DNA of 64,000 bases from Candidatus Saccharimonadales bacterium. Lineage in GTDB: Bacteria > Patescibacteriota > Saccharimonadia > Saccharimonadales > Saccharimonadaceae. Shown here piece after piece: positions 18,807 through 27,199 of the stretch (positions within the stretch are counted from its first letter, which is position 1; every line of letters begins with the position of its first letter). The notes beneath the pieces are model-generated. The model ran no database searches. It was not told where the DNA came from and worked only from the letters and a program-made list of their open reading frames with translations. Position numbers and translations under genes: made by a program. Where the stretch lies: contig DATHGB010000027.1 of the NCBI GenBank assembly GCA_035317825.1, forward strand, positions 19,579 through 83,578. Direction: 5' to 3'.

Positions 18807-19319
18807 TTATTTGTCGTTTGGGCTATCACGGACGGGAACGGGTTCAGGTTCGGTGTGGTGAAGCAGGTGCATGACGGCAGCGCCTGCGTCGGCTATAGAG
18901 TGGTGTCTTGCGTGCTGTTCGGCCTCGATCTTTTCGTGAAGCCGTTTCATGGCGTGAACGGTACTGGGATTTTGCGATAAAAGCTTGAATTCCTTGTCGA
19001 GTTCGGCAAGGTCGACATCACTTAGGTCTTCTAGCCCCACGTAACTGTTGCGAGCACCTTTGGTCGCTCGGATAAGCTCATCCAACTTAATCTGTACGGC
19101 TTTACCGTCCCGGTTCTGGGTGTTTTGGATCAGGAATACCATCAGGAAGGTAATAACCGTCGTACCAGTGTTAATAACCAGCTGCCATGTGTCAGAGAAA
19201 TCGAAAAGAGGTCCCGTGGATGCCCATACGGCAACGATTAAAATCGCGCCTAAAAATACTGTTGCGGTACCTGTCCAAATTGAGATACGACTTGCGATTG
19301 AGCGGAAAAGATCTTTCAT
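18807..19319 (-). CDS. low-affinity iron permease family protein
   Basis: '[31 protein letters not shown]' is the hallmark block of this family. Confidence 0.8.
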   Translation of the reverse strand: MKDLFRSIASRISIWTGTATVFLGAILIVAVWASTGPLFDFSDTWQLVINTGTTVITFLMVFLIQNTQNRDGKAVQIKLDELIRATKGARNSYVGLEDLSDVDLAELDKEFKLLSQNPSTVHAMKRLHEKIEAEQHARHHSIADAGAAVMHLLHHTEPEPVPVRDSPNDK

Positions 19320-19366
19320 AATGTTTTTTAGTATACGCTTACGGTTGCAAGTACGCCAGAGGGTTA

Positions 19367-19395
19367 TTGACCTGCTAAAGGGTTTAAAGTATAAT
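19367..19395 (+). promoter_or_regulatory. sigma70-type promoter of rpsB-tsf
   Basis: TTGACC (19367-19372), 17 nt spacer, TATAAT (19390-19395). Confidence 0.65.
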
Positions 19396-19426
19396 AACTA
19401 GGTAATAAATTTTAATGACACAACCC

Positions 19427-19455
19427 GCGTCGTTATCCTGAACCTTCAGGGACGC
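19427..19455 (+). promoter_or_regulatory. structured element in rpsB 5-prime leader
   Basis: GCGTC..CCTGA-ACCT-TCAGG-GACGC nested hairpin in an ~85-nt leader, 12 nt upstream of the AAGGAG RBS. Confidence 0.35.
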
Positions 19456-19483
19456 AGGTGAGGAACAAGGAGTTCAAAACATT

Positions 19484-20191
19484 ATGGCAGTAACTGTCGA
19501 TATTAAAGCTTTGCTCGAAGCTGGCGTCCACTTCGGACACAAAACGAGCCGTTGGCATCCAAAAATGGCCAAATACATTCACAGCAAACGTCAGGACAGT
19601 CACATTATTGACCTGACAAAAACTGTCGAAGGTCTAGACGTGGCTTTGCCATTTCTTACCAAAGTAGCCGCATCTGGCAAACAGGTTTTGTTTGTTGGTA
19701 CTAAAAAGCAAGCCAAAGACCTCGTAAAAGCAGCCGCTGAAAACGTTAACCAGCCATACGTTACTGAACGCTGGATCGGTGGAATGCTTACAAACGTCGC
19801 AACTACTACCCAGCAAATCAAGAAACTAAAAGATCTTGAAAAGCGAATGGCTAGCGGTGACCTGGAAAAGCGCTACAACAAGCTTGAAGTACAGCGTTTC
19901 CAAGAGGAAATCGATGAACTTAACGAAAAATACAGCGGTATCAAGGATCTAAACGGCAAACCTGGCGCAGTTGTCGTCCTGGACGTTATTACCGACGCAA
20001 ACGCTGTTAAAGAAGCAAAAACACTTGGCGTGCCAGTTGTTGGTGTTGTTGACACGAACGCTGACCCAAGCCTAATCGACTATGTCGTACCTGGTAACGA
20101 CGACGCAATCAAGAGCTTGGAAATTCTTCTAAACTACTTTGTCGAAGCGACCGTCGAAGGTGCTGGAACTGTTAAACAAGAGGAGAAATAA
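19484..20191 (+). CDS. rpsB: 30S ribosomal protein S2
   Basis: 'LLEAGVHFGHKTSRWHPKM', 'ERWIGGMLTN'. Confidence 0.95.
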   Translation: MAVTVDIKALLEAGVHFGHKTSRWHPKMAKYIHSKRQDSHIIDLTKTVEGLDVALPFLTKVAASGKQVLFVGTKKQAKDLVKAAAENVNQPYVTERWIGGMLTNVATTTQQIKKLKDLEKRMASGDLEKRYNKLEVQRFQEEIDELNEKYSGIKDLNGKPGAVVVLDVITDANAVKEAKTLGVPVVGVVDTNADPSLIDYVVPGNDDAIKSLEILLNYFVEATVEGAGTVKQEEK

Positions 20192-20193
20192 AA

Positions 20194-20790
20194 ATGGCTA
20201 TTTCGATTGAAGACATTAAAAAGCTAAAAGAGCTAACTGGTGTTGGTCTAACCGACGCAAAAGGTGCTCTTGTAGAAGCTGACGGTGATTTTGACAAAGC
20301 ACTCGAAGCTATGCGCAAAAAAGGCCTGACAAAGGCCGAGAAAAAAGGCGACCGTGAAGCTCGCGAAGGTATCATCGACAGCTACGTTCACAGCGGCCGT
20401 ATTGGTGTTATCGTGGAAGTAAACTGCGAAACCGATTTCGTTGCCCGTCTTGACGCTTTCAAGGCTATGGCTCACGAAATTGCGCTTCAAATTGCCGCAA
20501 TGAACCCTGAATACGTCTCGGAAGCTGACATTCCAGCCGAAGAAATCGAACGTGTTCGTAACGAAGCCAAAGAGCGTGTTATCGCCGAAGGCAAGCCTGC
20601 AGAACTAGCCGACAAAATCGTTGAAGGCCAAGTTAAAAAGCATTTTGCCGAAAAGACATTGATGTCACAAACGTACATCATGAACGAAAAGCAGACTGTT
20701 TCTGACTTTGTTAAAGAAAACATTGCAAAACTAGGCGAAAACATCGTTGTCCGTCAGTTCAAGCGTATTGAACTTGGCGTGAACGAGTAG
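20194..20790 (+). CDS. tsf: elongation factor Ts (short form)
   Basis: 'IKKLKELTGVGLTDAKGALVEADGDFDKA', 'VEVNCETDFVAR'. 198 aa. Confidence 0.95.
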   Translation: MAISIEDIKKLKELTGVGLTDAKGALVEADGDFDKALEAMRKKGLTKAEKKGDREAREGIIDSYVHSGRIGVIVEVNCETDFVARLDAFKAMAHEIALQIAAMNPEYVSEADIPAEEIERVRNEAKERVIAEGKPAELADKIVEGQVKKHFAEKTLMSQTYIMNEKQTVSDFVKENIAKLGENIVVRQFKRIELGVNE

Positions 20791-20808
20791 AGTTTACGGA
20801 GATTCATT

Positions 20809-20838
20809 AAACTACCCGGTTTTATACTGGGTAGTTTT
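20809..20838 (+). terminator. intrinsic terminator after tsf
   Basis: AAACTACCC-(11 nt)-GGGTAGTTT followed by T. Confidence 0.7.
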
Positions 20839-20890
20839 AATGTTACTTGGGGTGTGCCTATTAGCTTAAGCGTTTTGCTATACTGAAAAC

Positions 20891-21175
20891 ATGTCAAAAA
20901 GCCCGCAACATAAAATATTGCTCATGGTTGGAGTTATGCTATTCGTACTCGGTCCTTTTTTGGCATATTTTAGCCCTCGTTTCTTATCTTCCTGGACATG
21001 TTCTTTATTTGTCGGGCCTGAGCCTGTCTATAAGCCTTTCTTGTTCGATGCCTTTCGTTGTGTCACTTCAGACTTTTGGACTGCCATGGTGATATTGGCG
21101 GCGGCTACTATTACGGGCGCAGCTCTCATTCTTATTAGCCTAAACGTTCACGAGGGTAGCTTTAAAACTAGGTGA
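20891..21175 (+). CDS. small membrane protein (94 aa), hypothetical
   Basis: TGCTATACT box (20876-20884) 6 nt before the ATG. Three hydrophobic segments. Its stop lies inside the tsf relic. Coding status uncertain. Confidence 0.45.
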   Translation: MSKSPQHKILLMVGVMLFVLGPFLAYFSPRFLSSWTCSLFVGPEPVYKPFLFDAFRCVTSDFWTAMVILAAATITGAALILISLNVHEGSFKTR

Positions 21176-21225
21176 AAACATCGTTGTCGCCAGCCGAGTG
21201 TATTGAACTTAACATGAACGAATAG
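21162..21225 (+). pseudogene. decayed duplicate of the tsf 3-prime end
   Basis: 21168-21225 aligns with 20731-20790. The first 21 nt are 20/21 identical, 'gtattgaactt' is identical, and there is a 2-nt indel. Reads LGENIVV...IELNMNE* against tsf LGENIVVRQFKRIELGVNE*. Confidence 0.65.
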
Positions 21226-21284
21226 ATCGCTAGGAAATTTGTAAAAAGAAGATAGCCTTTTTACCAGGAATTTTAGTGTGCCAC

Positions 21285-21313
21285 TTGAAAAAATACATAA
21301 AATATGATATTAT
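21285..21313 (+). promoter_or_regulatory. candidate promoter of the high-GC ORF
   Basis: TTGAAA (21285-21290), 17 nt spacer, TATTAT (21308-21313), in an AT-rich spacer. Confidence 0.5.
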
Positions 21314-21377
21314 ATAGTTAATCTTCGGATAGAGCACTATTGGAGACGTTCCCGACTAAGAGATGAGGTTTGCCGTC

Positions 21378-22037
21378 ATGGCAAAACGCACGCCTGCCAT
21401 TATCGGTGCCAGCATTGCTGTCGTAGTAGTTATTGGCGGAGGTGTTCTTCTGTCGAACCGCGACAACGCGCCGACACAGAATGCTGCCCCAGTGGCTACC
21501 GCTCCGGCAATCACGCCAACTGTCAACACCACCCCGGAAGTTCCGGGAGTAGAGAGGAAAAAGTCGAAGTTGGTGGCCCCAATACCATCCTTCGACTCGC
21601 TCAGTGACCAGCCGGTCGAGATGTTCGGCAGGTTCACGATTCCTCGCCCGCAGATGTGGGATGAAAACATGGGTGGCTCAGAGGGGGTAAAGAAGTACGC
21701 TGACATGTCTTCCTGCACGGCAGCCACGTCTAAGTGCCCGCACGTCATCCTCTACGACCTGTCCTCGTCCGAAGGCAAGCAGCTGGGCAAGGATCCGGTG
21801 AAGTGGTGGAAGGCTCAGCCCTGCATCGCGGGCACAAGCGAGAAGACCGAAGGGCCCGTGAGCATGAAGCTCGGTGGTCAATCGGCCAAGCTGTACCGGA
21901 TCCGGTGCGGTGATGACGACGATGCAAACTACGCTTGGATCGTCCCCGGCAAGAAACTTTTCGTCACGGGAATGATCGGGACGGAGGGCGCTCTGGTCGT
22001 CGAAACGGTTCAAGCGGCCCTCATGAAGATGTCGTAG
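21378..22037 (+). CDS. membrane-anchored secreted protein, unknown family (high GC)
   Basis: ORF from 21363; ATG at 21378 gives MAKRTPAIIGASIAVVVVIGGGVLL (signal anchor). Pro/Ala/Thr linker, globular part with 4 Cys. GC clearly above its neighbours, with long antisense shadow ORFs. Confidence 0.6.
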   Translation: MAKRTPAIIGASIAVVVVIGGGVLLSNRDNAPTQNAAPVATAPAITPTVNTTPEVPGVERKKSKLVAPIPSFDSLSDQPVEMFGRFTIPRPQMWDENMGGSEGVKKYADMSSCTAATSKCPHVILYDLSSSEGKQLGKDPVKWWKAQPCIAGTSEKTEGPVSMKLGGQSAKLYRIRCGDDDDANYAWIVPGKKLFVTGMIGTEGALVVETVQAALMKMS

Positions 22038-22071
22038 ACATCGTAGTCTGCACCTCCAGTGCTCACGAAGA

Positions 22072-22125
22072 GACCCCGTCGCAGCCAGATTCGTTCTGGA
22101 AGCGGCGGGGTCGATTCATTTTTAT
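22072..22125 (+). terminator. long GC-rich hairpin terminator
   Basis: GACCCCGTCGCAGCCAGA...TCTGGAAGCGGCGGGGTC, then GATTCATTTTT. Confidence 0.75.
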
Positions 22126-22178
22126 GCCTCAAGTAAATACGTCATCTCGGGCGCAAAAACATGCTAAAATTAGGGTAT

Positions 22179-22733
22179 ATGTTTAATACAGACGCTTATG
22201 AAGAAAAAATGATGTTGGCGTTTAGCCATTTTGAAGATGAACTTAAAAAAGTCCGGACCGGCCGTGCGCACCCTGGAATGTTAGATGGCATTAAAGTGGA
22301 GGTTTACGATACGCAGATGCCGCTTAACCAGGCAGCAAATATTACCGCGCCTGAACCCCAGTTACTACAAATCACTCCATTTGATCCAGGTAACATTCAG
22401 GCGATTGCAGCTAGCATTCGAGCTGACCAGTCACTTGGGTTTAATCCTAGCGATGATGGACGAATTATCCGTGTGCCTGTGCCGCCGCTTACTGAAGAGC
22501 GCCGTAAGCTTTTGGTCAGACAAACTGGTGAAAAGGTAGAAGAAACACGTATTGCGCTTCGTAATATCCGCCAAGACGGACTAAAAGACGCCAAGCGTAA
22601 AAAAGATGCCAAGGAACTTAGCGAAGATGACGTTAAAAGTGTTGAAAAGGAATTCGACAAATTAATGGCAGAGTACCAGGAAAAGATCGACGCAGCGTTT
22701 AAGGCAAAAGAGAAGGATATCCTAACGATCTAA
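22179..22733 (+). CDS. frr: ribosome recycling factor
   Basis: 'FEDELKKVRTGRAHPGMLDGIKVEVY', 'LTEERRKLLVRQ'. ATG at 22179 lies 8 nt after TGCTAAAAT. Confidence 0.9.
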   Translation: MFNTDAYEEKMMLAFSHFEDELKKVRTGRAHPGMLDGIKVEVYDTQMPLNQAANITAPEPQLLQITPFDPGNIQAIAASIRADQSLGFNPSDDGRIIRVPVPPLTEERRKLLVRQTGEKVEETRIALRNIRQDGLKDAKRKKDAKELSEDDVKSVEKEFDKLMAEYQEKIDAAFKAKEKDILTI

Positions 22734-23422
22734 TGGCCGACGCGTTCCCTAAGCATGTGGGTTATATCGTCGACGGTAACCGGCGATGGGCCAAAACGCA
22801 TGGTATCCCTACCTACGAAGGTCATTTAGCAGGCTATAACGCCATCCAGGAAGTTGCTAAGGCTTCGTTTGATGCCGGCATTGAATACGTGTCTGCCTAT
22901 ATTTTTAGTACCGAAAACTGGAAGCGCAGCCAGGACGAAGTCAGTAAGCTGATGGGACTGGTGTTGAAGCTTTTGACGTCGGACTTGCATATTTTTGAAG
23001 AGAATAACATCAAATTGAAAATCATGGGGTCTCGCGAAAGGGTGAGTGACAAGATATTAAAGGCGATTGATGAAGCCGAAGCCCGAACTGCCAATAATAC
23101 CAAAGGCACACTCGTTATTTGCTTTAACTATGGCGGCCAACAGGAAATTGCTGACGCGTGCAAAAAAATTGTTCAGTCGGGCGTGGCACTTGACGGAATC
23201 ACTCCAGAATTGATAAGCGAAAACCTTTATGTTCCCGAAGTTCCGCCCGTAGATATGATCGTACGAACAAGCGGTGAACAGCGGCTATCTAACTTTATGT
23301 TGTGGCGCGCGGCGTACAGTGAATTCATGAGCTTGGAAAAGCTTTGGCCAGACATGACAAAAGAAGACGTAACCGCTATACTAAAAGAATACGCACGCCG
23401 CGATAGGCGCATTGGAGGATAG
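22733..23422 (+). CDS. uppS: undecaprenyl-diphosphate synthase (cis-prenyltransferase)
   Basis: 'HVGYIVDGNRRWA', 'FSTENWKR', 'RTSGEQRLSNFMLW'. Confidence 0.9.
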   Translation: MADAFPKHVGYIVDGNRRWAKTHGIPTYEGHLAGYNAIQEVAKASFDAGIEYVSAYIFSTENWKRSQDEVSKLMGLVLKLLTSDLHIFEENNIKLKIMGSRERVSDKILKAIDEAEARTANNTKGTLVICFNYGGQQEIADACKKIVQSGVALDGITPELISENLYVPEVPPVDMIVRTSGEQRLSNFMLWRAAYSEFMSLEKLWPDMTKEDVTAILKEYARRDRRIGG

Positions 23423-24571
23423 ATGGAACTTGTTTTTGGAATAATTATCGGACTATTAACGCTGGTTCTTTTAGTGGTGGTGCATGAACTTGGCCATGCT
23501 ATCGTGGCAAAGCGCAACGGTGTGGTTGTCGAGGAATTCGGCATTGGTTTTCCACCGCGTGCTTGGGCAAAAAAGCTAAAGAACGGTGTCCTTTTTAGTA
23601 TTAACTGGTTACCGCTTGGCGGGTTTGTTAAATTACAGGGTGAGCATGATTCGGCCGACCAAAAAGGCGATTATGGAGCGGCGAGTTTTTGGGTAAAGAC
23701 TAAAATTTTATTAGCGGGCGTGTCGATTAACTGGTTAGTCGCAGCCGGACTATTAACGATTTTAGCCTGGACGGGCTTGCCAAAAGTGCTACCAGACCAG
23801 TTTAGTATTCCAAGCGATACGACGCTTACCAAGCAGCCCGTTCAAGTGGCGACCGTTACCAAAGATTCTCCTGCGGACAAGGCAGGACTAAAAGTTGGTG
23901 ACAAGATCGTGCGTTTTGCGGGCGAACCAGTACCAACCCCACAAAGTCTGATCGCACAAACAAAACAGAACAAAGGTAAATCCGTTGAAATTATTTATGC
24001 GCGGAACGGAGTGGAGCAGACAACGAGTGCTGCTTTGCGGGCCGATAACGACAAGAACCAAGGCTATCTAGGCGTTGGGCCGGATCAAAAACAAAAAATT
24101 CAGGCAAGCTGGTCTGCGCCGATCGTAGGTGTTGTGACCGCTGGCCAATTTACGCTTGTTACGTTACAGGGACTAGGTGATCTGGTGGTTAATCTTGTCA
24201 GTGGATTAGTTCTGCAGCTAAGTCCGGACAGCGCCACAAGGGATCATGCTAAAACAAGCCTGGACGCGGCGGGCAACAGTGTCGCTGGTCCGATAGGGAT
24301 TTTAGGGGTTATTTTCCCTGCGGCAGAACAGGCAGGGCTTAGCCAGCTAATCTTTTTGACGGCACTTATCTCACTTACTTTGGCAGTTATGAACGTCCTT
24401 CCAATTCCAGCCCTTGATGGCGGCCGTTGGTTCGTGACAGCGCTCTTTCGCGTGCTTAAAAAGCCGCTTACGAAAGAACGTGAGGAAAGCATCCAGGGAA
24501 CTGGTTTTATGGTACTAATGCTCCTAGTCGTAGTGGTGACGGTCGCTGATGTTGGCAAACTCTTCAAATAA
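23423..24571 (+). CDS. rseP: RIP site-2 metalloprotease RseP
   Basis: 'VHELGHAIVA' HExxH in TM1, PDZ ('PADKAGLKVGDKI'), 'NVLPIPALDGG'. Confidence 0.9.
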   Translation: MELVFGIIIGLLTLVLLVVVHELGHAIVAKRNGVVVEEFGIGFPPRAWAKKLKNGVLFSINWLPLGGFVKLQGEHDSADQKGDYGAASFWVKTKILLAGVSINWLVAAGLLTILAWTGLPKVLPDQFSIPSDTTLTKQPVQVATVTKDSPADKAGLKVGDKIVRFAGEPVPTPQSLIAQTKQNKGKSVEIIYARNGVEQTTSAALRADNDKNQGYLGVGPDQKQKIQASWSAPIVGVVTAGQFTLVTLQGLGDLVVNLVSGLVLQLSPDSATRDHAKTSLDAAGNSVAGPIGILGVIFPAAEQAGLSQLIFLTALISLTLAVMNVLPIPALDGGRWFVTALFRVLKKPLTKEREESIQGTGFMVLMLLVVVVTVADVGKLFK

Positions 24572-25310
24572 CAAATCCCATCTTCACAACACCGGTATTT
24601 TCGTAGGGCTTCTTTTGTGGGTAATAGCCGGATTTATTGTCGCGTATTTACTTCTTGGGGGCGGCCTGTGGGTTCTGGAGACTGCAGGCGTACGTCTGGA
24701 CTCTATGAATGGTGTCGTTCTTAACACTATTCTTGCAGCGGTCGTGTATGTTCTTAGCCTTGCCATTGTCGTTGGCGTGCCGTGGTTGATAAAAAAACGT
24801 GCAACAACCAAAGAAGATGTCGGATTAACGCGTCTTCCTAGCTGGATGGACATTTTGCTGGCACCGGCCGGATTTATCGTGTACTTTATTCTTTCGAGCG
24901 TGATCGTCCTGGGAGCAACACGGCTTATCCCAGGGTTTAATACGGACCAGACGCAGACAACGGGGTTTGAAGGGATTAATCAGCAATATGAATATATTCT
25001 TGCGTTCGTGACGCTTGTTGTCGTGGCGCCCGTCGCCGAAGAGATTCTTTTCAGGGGCTATTTGTACGGAAAATTAAAAAAGCATGCGCCAGTATGGGTT
25101 GCCGCGCTTGGAACGAGCCTGTTATTTGGCGCGATTCACGGTCAGTGGAATGTGGGCGTAGATGTATTCGCACTTAGCTTGGTCCTATGTAGCCTGCGGG
25201 AAGTGACAGGCAATATCTGGGCGGGTATGTTGCTTCACATGTTAAAAAATGGCGTCGCCTTTTATTTCCTCTTTGTAAATACGGCGTTATTAGATACAAT
25301 AATGAAGTAA
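24549..25310 (+). CDS. CPBP-family intramembrane glutamic endopeptidase
   Basis: 'APVAEEILFRGYLY', 'FGAIH', 'HMLKN' motifs. Polytopic. Confidence 0.8.
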   Translation: MLANSSNNKSHLHNTGIFVGLLLWVIAGFIVAYLLLGGGLWVLETAGVRLDSMNGVVLNTILAAVVYVLSLAIVVGVPWLIKKRATTKEDVGLTRLPSWMDILLAPAGFIVYFILSSVIVLGATRLIPGFNTDQTQTTGFEGINQQYEYILAFVTLVVVAPVAEEILFRGYLYGKLKKHAPVWVAALGTSLLFGAIHGQWNVGVDVFALSLVLCSLREVTGNIWAGMLLHMLKNGVAFYFLFVNTALLDTIMK

Positions 25311-25413
25311 TGAAACAGATCACTCCGTCAGTTTTTTCTCGTATGCCGCTTGGCCGGTAGTATTTTTTTTATTGTTATTTATATCTAAACAGTAATCCTA
25401 GGAGCGACATATT

Positions 25414-26658
25414 ATGCGATTATCCCAAAATTTCACCAAAACCAGTAAAACAGCGCCAGCCGACGAGGTGGCGAAAAATGCCCAGCTACTTATCAGGGCG
25501 GGCTTTGTCTATAAAGTAATGGCTGGCGTGTATGCCTATACGCCACTTGGTTTACGAGTGCTTGAAAATATTAAACAGATCGTTCGCGAAGAAATGAATT
25601 CTGTTGGCGGGCAAGAGCTTATTATGAGCAGCCTGCAAAAGAAAGAAACGTGGGAGGAAACCGGCCGTTGGGATGACGAAGTTGTCGATGTGTGGTTTAA
25701 ATCAAAGCTAAAAGACGATACCGAAGTTGGCTTTGGCTGGTCACACGAAGAAGCGATTATTGAGATGATGAAGCAATATCTTGAAAGCTACAAGGATCTG
25801 CCAATCAATGTGTACCAGTTTCAGACAAAAATGCGTAATGAACTTCGCGCCAAAAGCGGTATTATGCGCGGCCGCGAATTCGTCATGAAAGACATGTATT
25901 CATGTAGTATTGACGCTACTCAGCACGATAAATTCTATGCTGACACGATAGACGCGTATAACCGCGTATTTGATCGCCTAGGACTAGGAGATGACACCTA
26001 TGTCACCTTTGCTAGCGGGGGCGCGTTTACGCAGTTTAGCCACGAATTCCAAACGGTATGTGATGCGGGTGAAGATGTTATTTACATACACCGCGAAAAG
26101 AATATTGCGGTGAACGAAGAAGTTTTGAACGAAGAAAGCCTAAAAGAGCTTGGCATCAAACGCGAAGACCTTGAAAAGGTGAAAAGCGCCGAAGTGGGCA
26201 ACATCTTTAATTTTGGTATTCAAAAGAGTAAAGACACTAACTTTACGTTCACGAATAGCGAAGGCAAGAAGCAATTTGTCTATCTAGGATCGTATGGAAT
26301 TGGCATTACTCGCCTAATGGGGGTGGTTGTTGAAAAATTTGCCGACGACAAGGGTATTGTCTGGCCAGAGAATATTGCACCTGCCAAAGTATACTTGGTT
26401 CGTATCGGCGGAGAAGAGGCCGTAAAGCACGCTAACGAACTTTACGAAGAATTGACCAAAAAGGGTATTGAAGTGATCTACGACGACCGTGACGAGCGTC
26501 CAGGCGCTAAATTCGCAGATAGTGAGCTAATGGGCATTCCACACCGCGTAACTGTCAGTGACCGGCTGATAGAATCTAACCAATATGAGTATACCCCTAG
26601 AACAACAGGGGTCAGCGCTCTATTGACACGAGAGGAGCTGCTTGCTAAACTGAACTGA
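25414..26658 (+). CDS. proS: prolyl-tRNA synthetase, short form without large editing insertion
   Basis: 'LLIRAGFVYKVMAGVYAYTPLGLRVLENI', class II motifs, C-terminal anticodon-binding domain. Only 414 aa. Confidence 0.9.
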   Translation: MRLSQNFTKTSKTAPADEVAKNAQLLIRAGFVYKVMAGVYAYTPLGLRVLENIKQIVREEMNSVGGQELIMSSLQKKETWEETGRWDDEVVDVWFKSKLKDDTEVGFGWSHEEAIIEMMKQYLESYKDLPINVYQFQTKMRNELRAKSGIMRGREFVMKDMYSCSIDATQHDKFYADTIDAYNRVFDRLGLGDDTYVTFASGGAFTQFSHEFQTVCDAGEDVIYIHREKNIAVNEEVLNEESLKELGIKREDLEKVKSAEVGNIFNFGIQKSKDTNFTFTNSEGKKQFVYLGSYGIGITRLMGVVVEKFADDKGIVWPENIAPAKVYLVRIGGEEAVKHANELYEELTKKGIEVIYDDRDERPGAKFADSELMGIPHRVTVSDRLIESNQYEYTPRTTGVSALLTREELLAKLN

Positions 26659-26703
26659 TTGCAAATCATTGCGAGAAATAGTACACTATATGTAGCGTAC
26701 GAT

Positions 26704-26726
26704 GTGTCTGTAGAGACACCATTTTT
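26704..26726 (+). terminator. weak hairpin + T5 between proS and greA
   Basis: GTGTCT-GTAG-AGACAC then CATTTTT. Lies downstream of a TTGCAA-17-TACACT promoter-like element (26660-26688), so it could be the proS terminator or a greA leader attenuator. Confidence 0.45.
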
Positions 26727-26743
26727 AAGACGTAAGGAACATT

Positions 26744-27199
26744 ATGAAGAAATTATACCAAATTACAGATGAAGGCAAAACCGAACTTGAGGCCGAACTA
26801 CAAGAGCTTAAAGGCCGTCGTGGTGACATTGCCGACAAAATTGCTGAGGCACGTGATTTTGGCGATCTTTCTGAGAATGCCGAATACGATAGTGCTCGCG
26901 AAGAGCAAGGGCTCGTTGAAAGCCGCATTGCCGAAATCGAAGACATCCTGCTTAACGCTGAATTAATTCGCGGCGGCAAGACTTCAAAAGTATCTTTAGG
27001 CAACAAAGTTGAACTAAAAACTGGCAAAAAGACGGTCATTTACAGTGTCGTTGGTCCAGTAGAAGCCGACCCGCTTGAGGGCAAAATTAGCAACGAATCT
27101 CCAATCGGTGCTGCGCTTATGGGCAAAAAAGTAGGTGATACGGCTACCATCACAACCCCTAAGGGTTCAACTACTTACGAAATCGTTTCAATTAACTAG
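26744..27199 (+). CDS. greA: transcription elongation factor GreA
   Basis: 'DFGDLSENAEYDSAREEQ', C-terminal 'SPIGAALMGKKVGD'. Confidence 0.95.
   Translation: MKKLYQITDEGKTELEAELQELKGRRGDIADKIAEARDFGDLSENAEYDSAREEQGLVESRIAEIEDILLNAELIRGGKTSKVSLGNKVELKTGKKTVIYSVVGPVEADPLEGKISNESPIGAALMGKKVGDTATITTPKGSTTYEIVSIN

Noticed and set aside
25311-25413. T-box or other leaders upstream of aminoacyl-tRNA synthetase genes (proS, lysS 27754-27864, serS, glyQS)
   Set aside because: The leaders are at most ~100 nt or absent, and lack a specifier loop or the T-box sequence (AGGGUGGNACCGCG-like).
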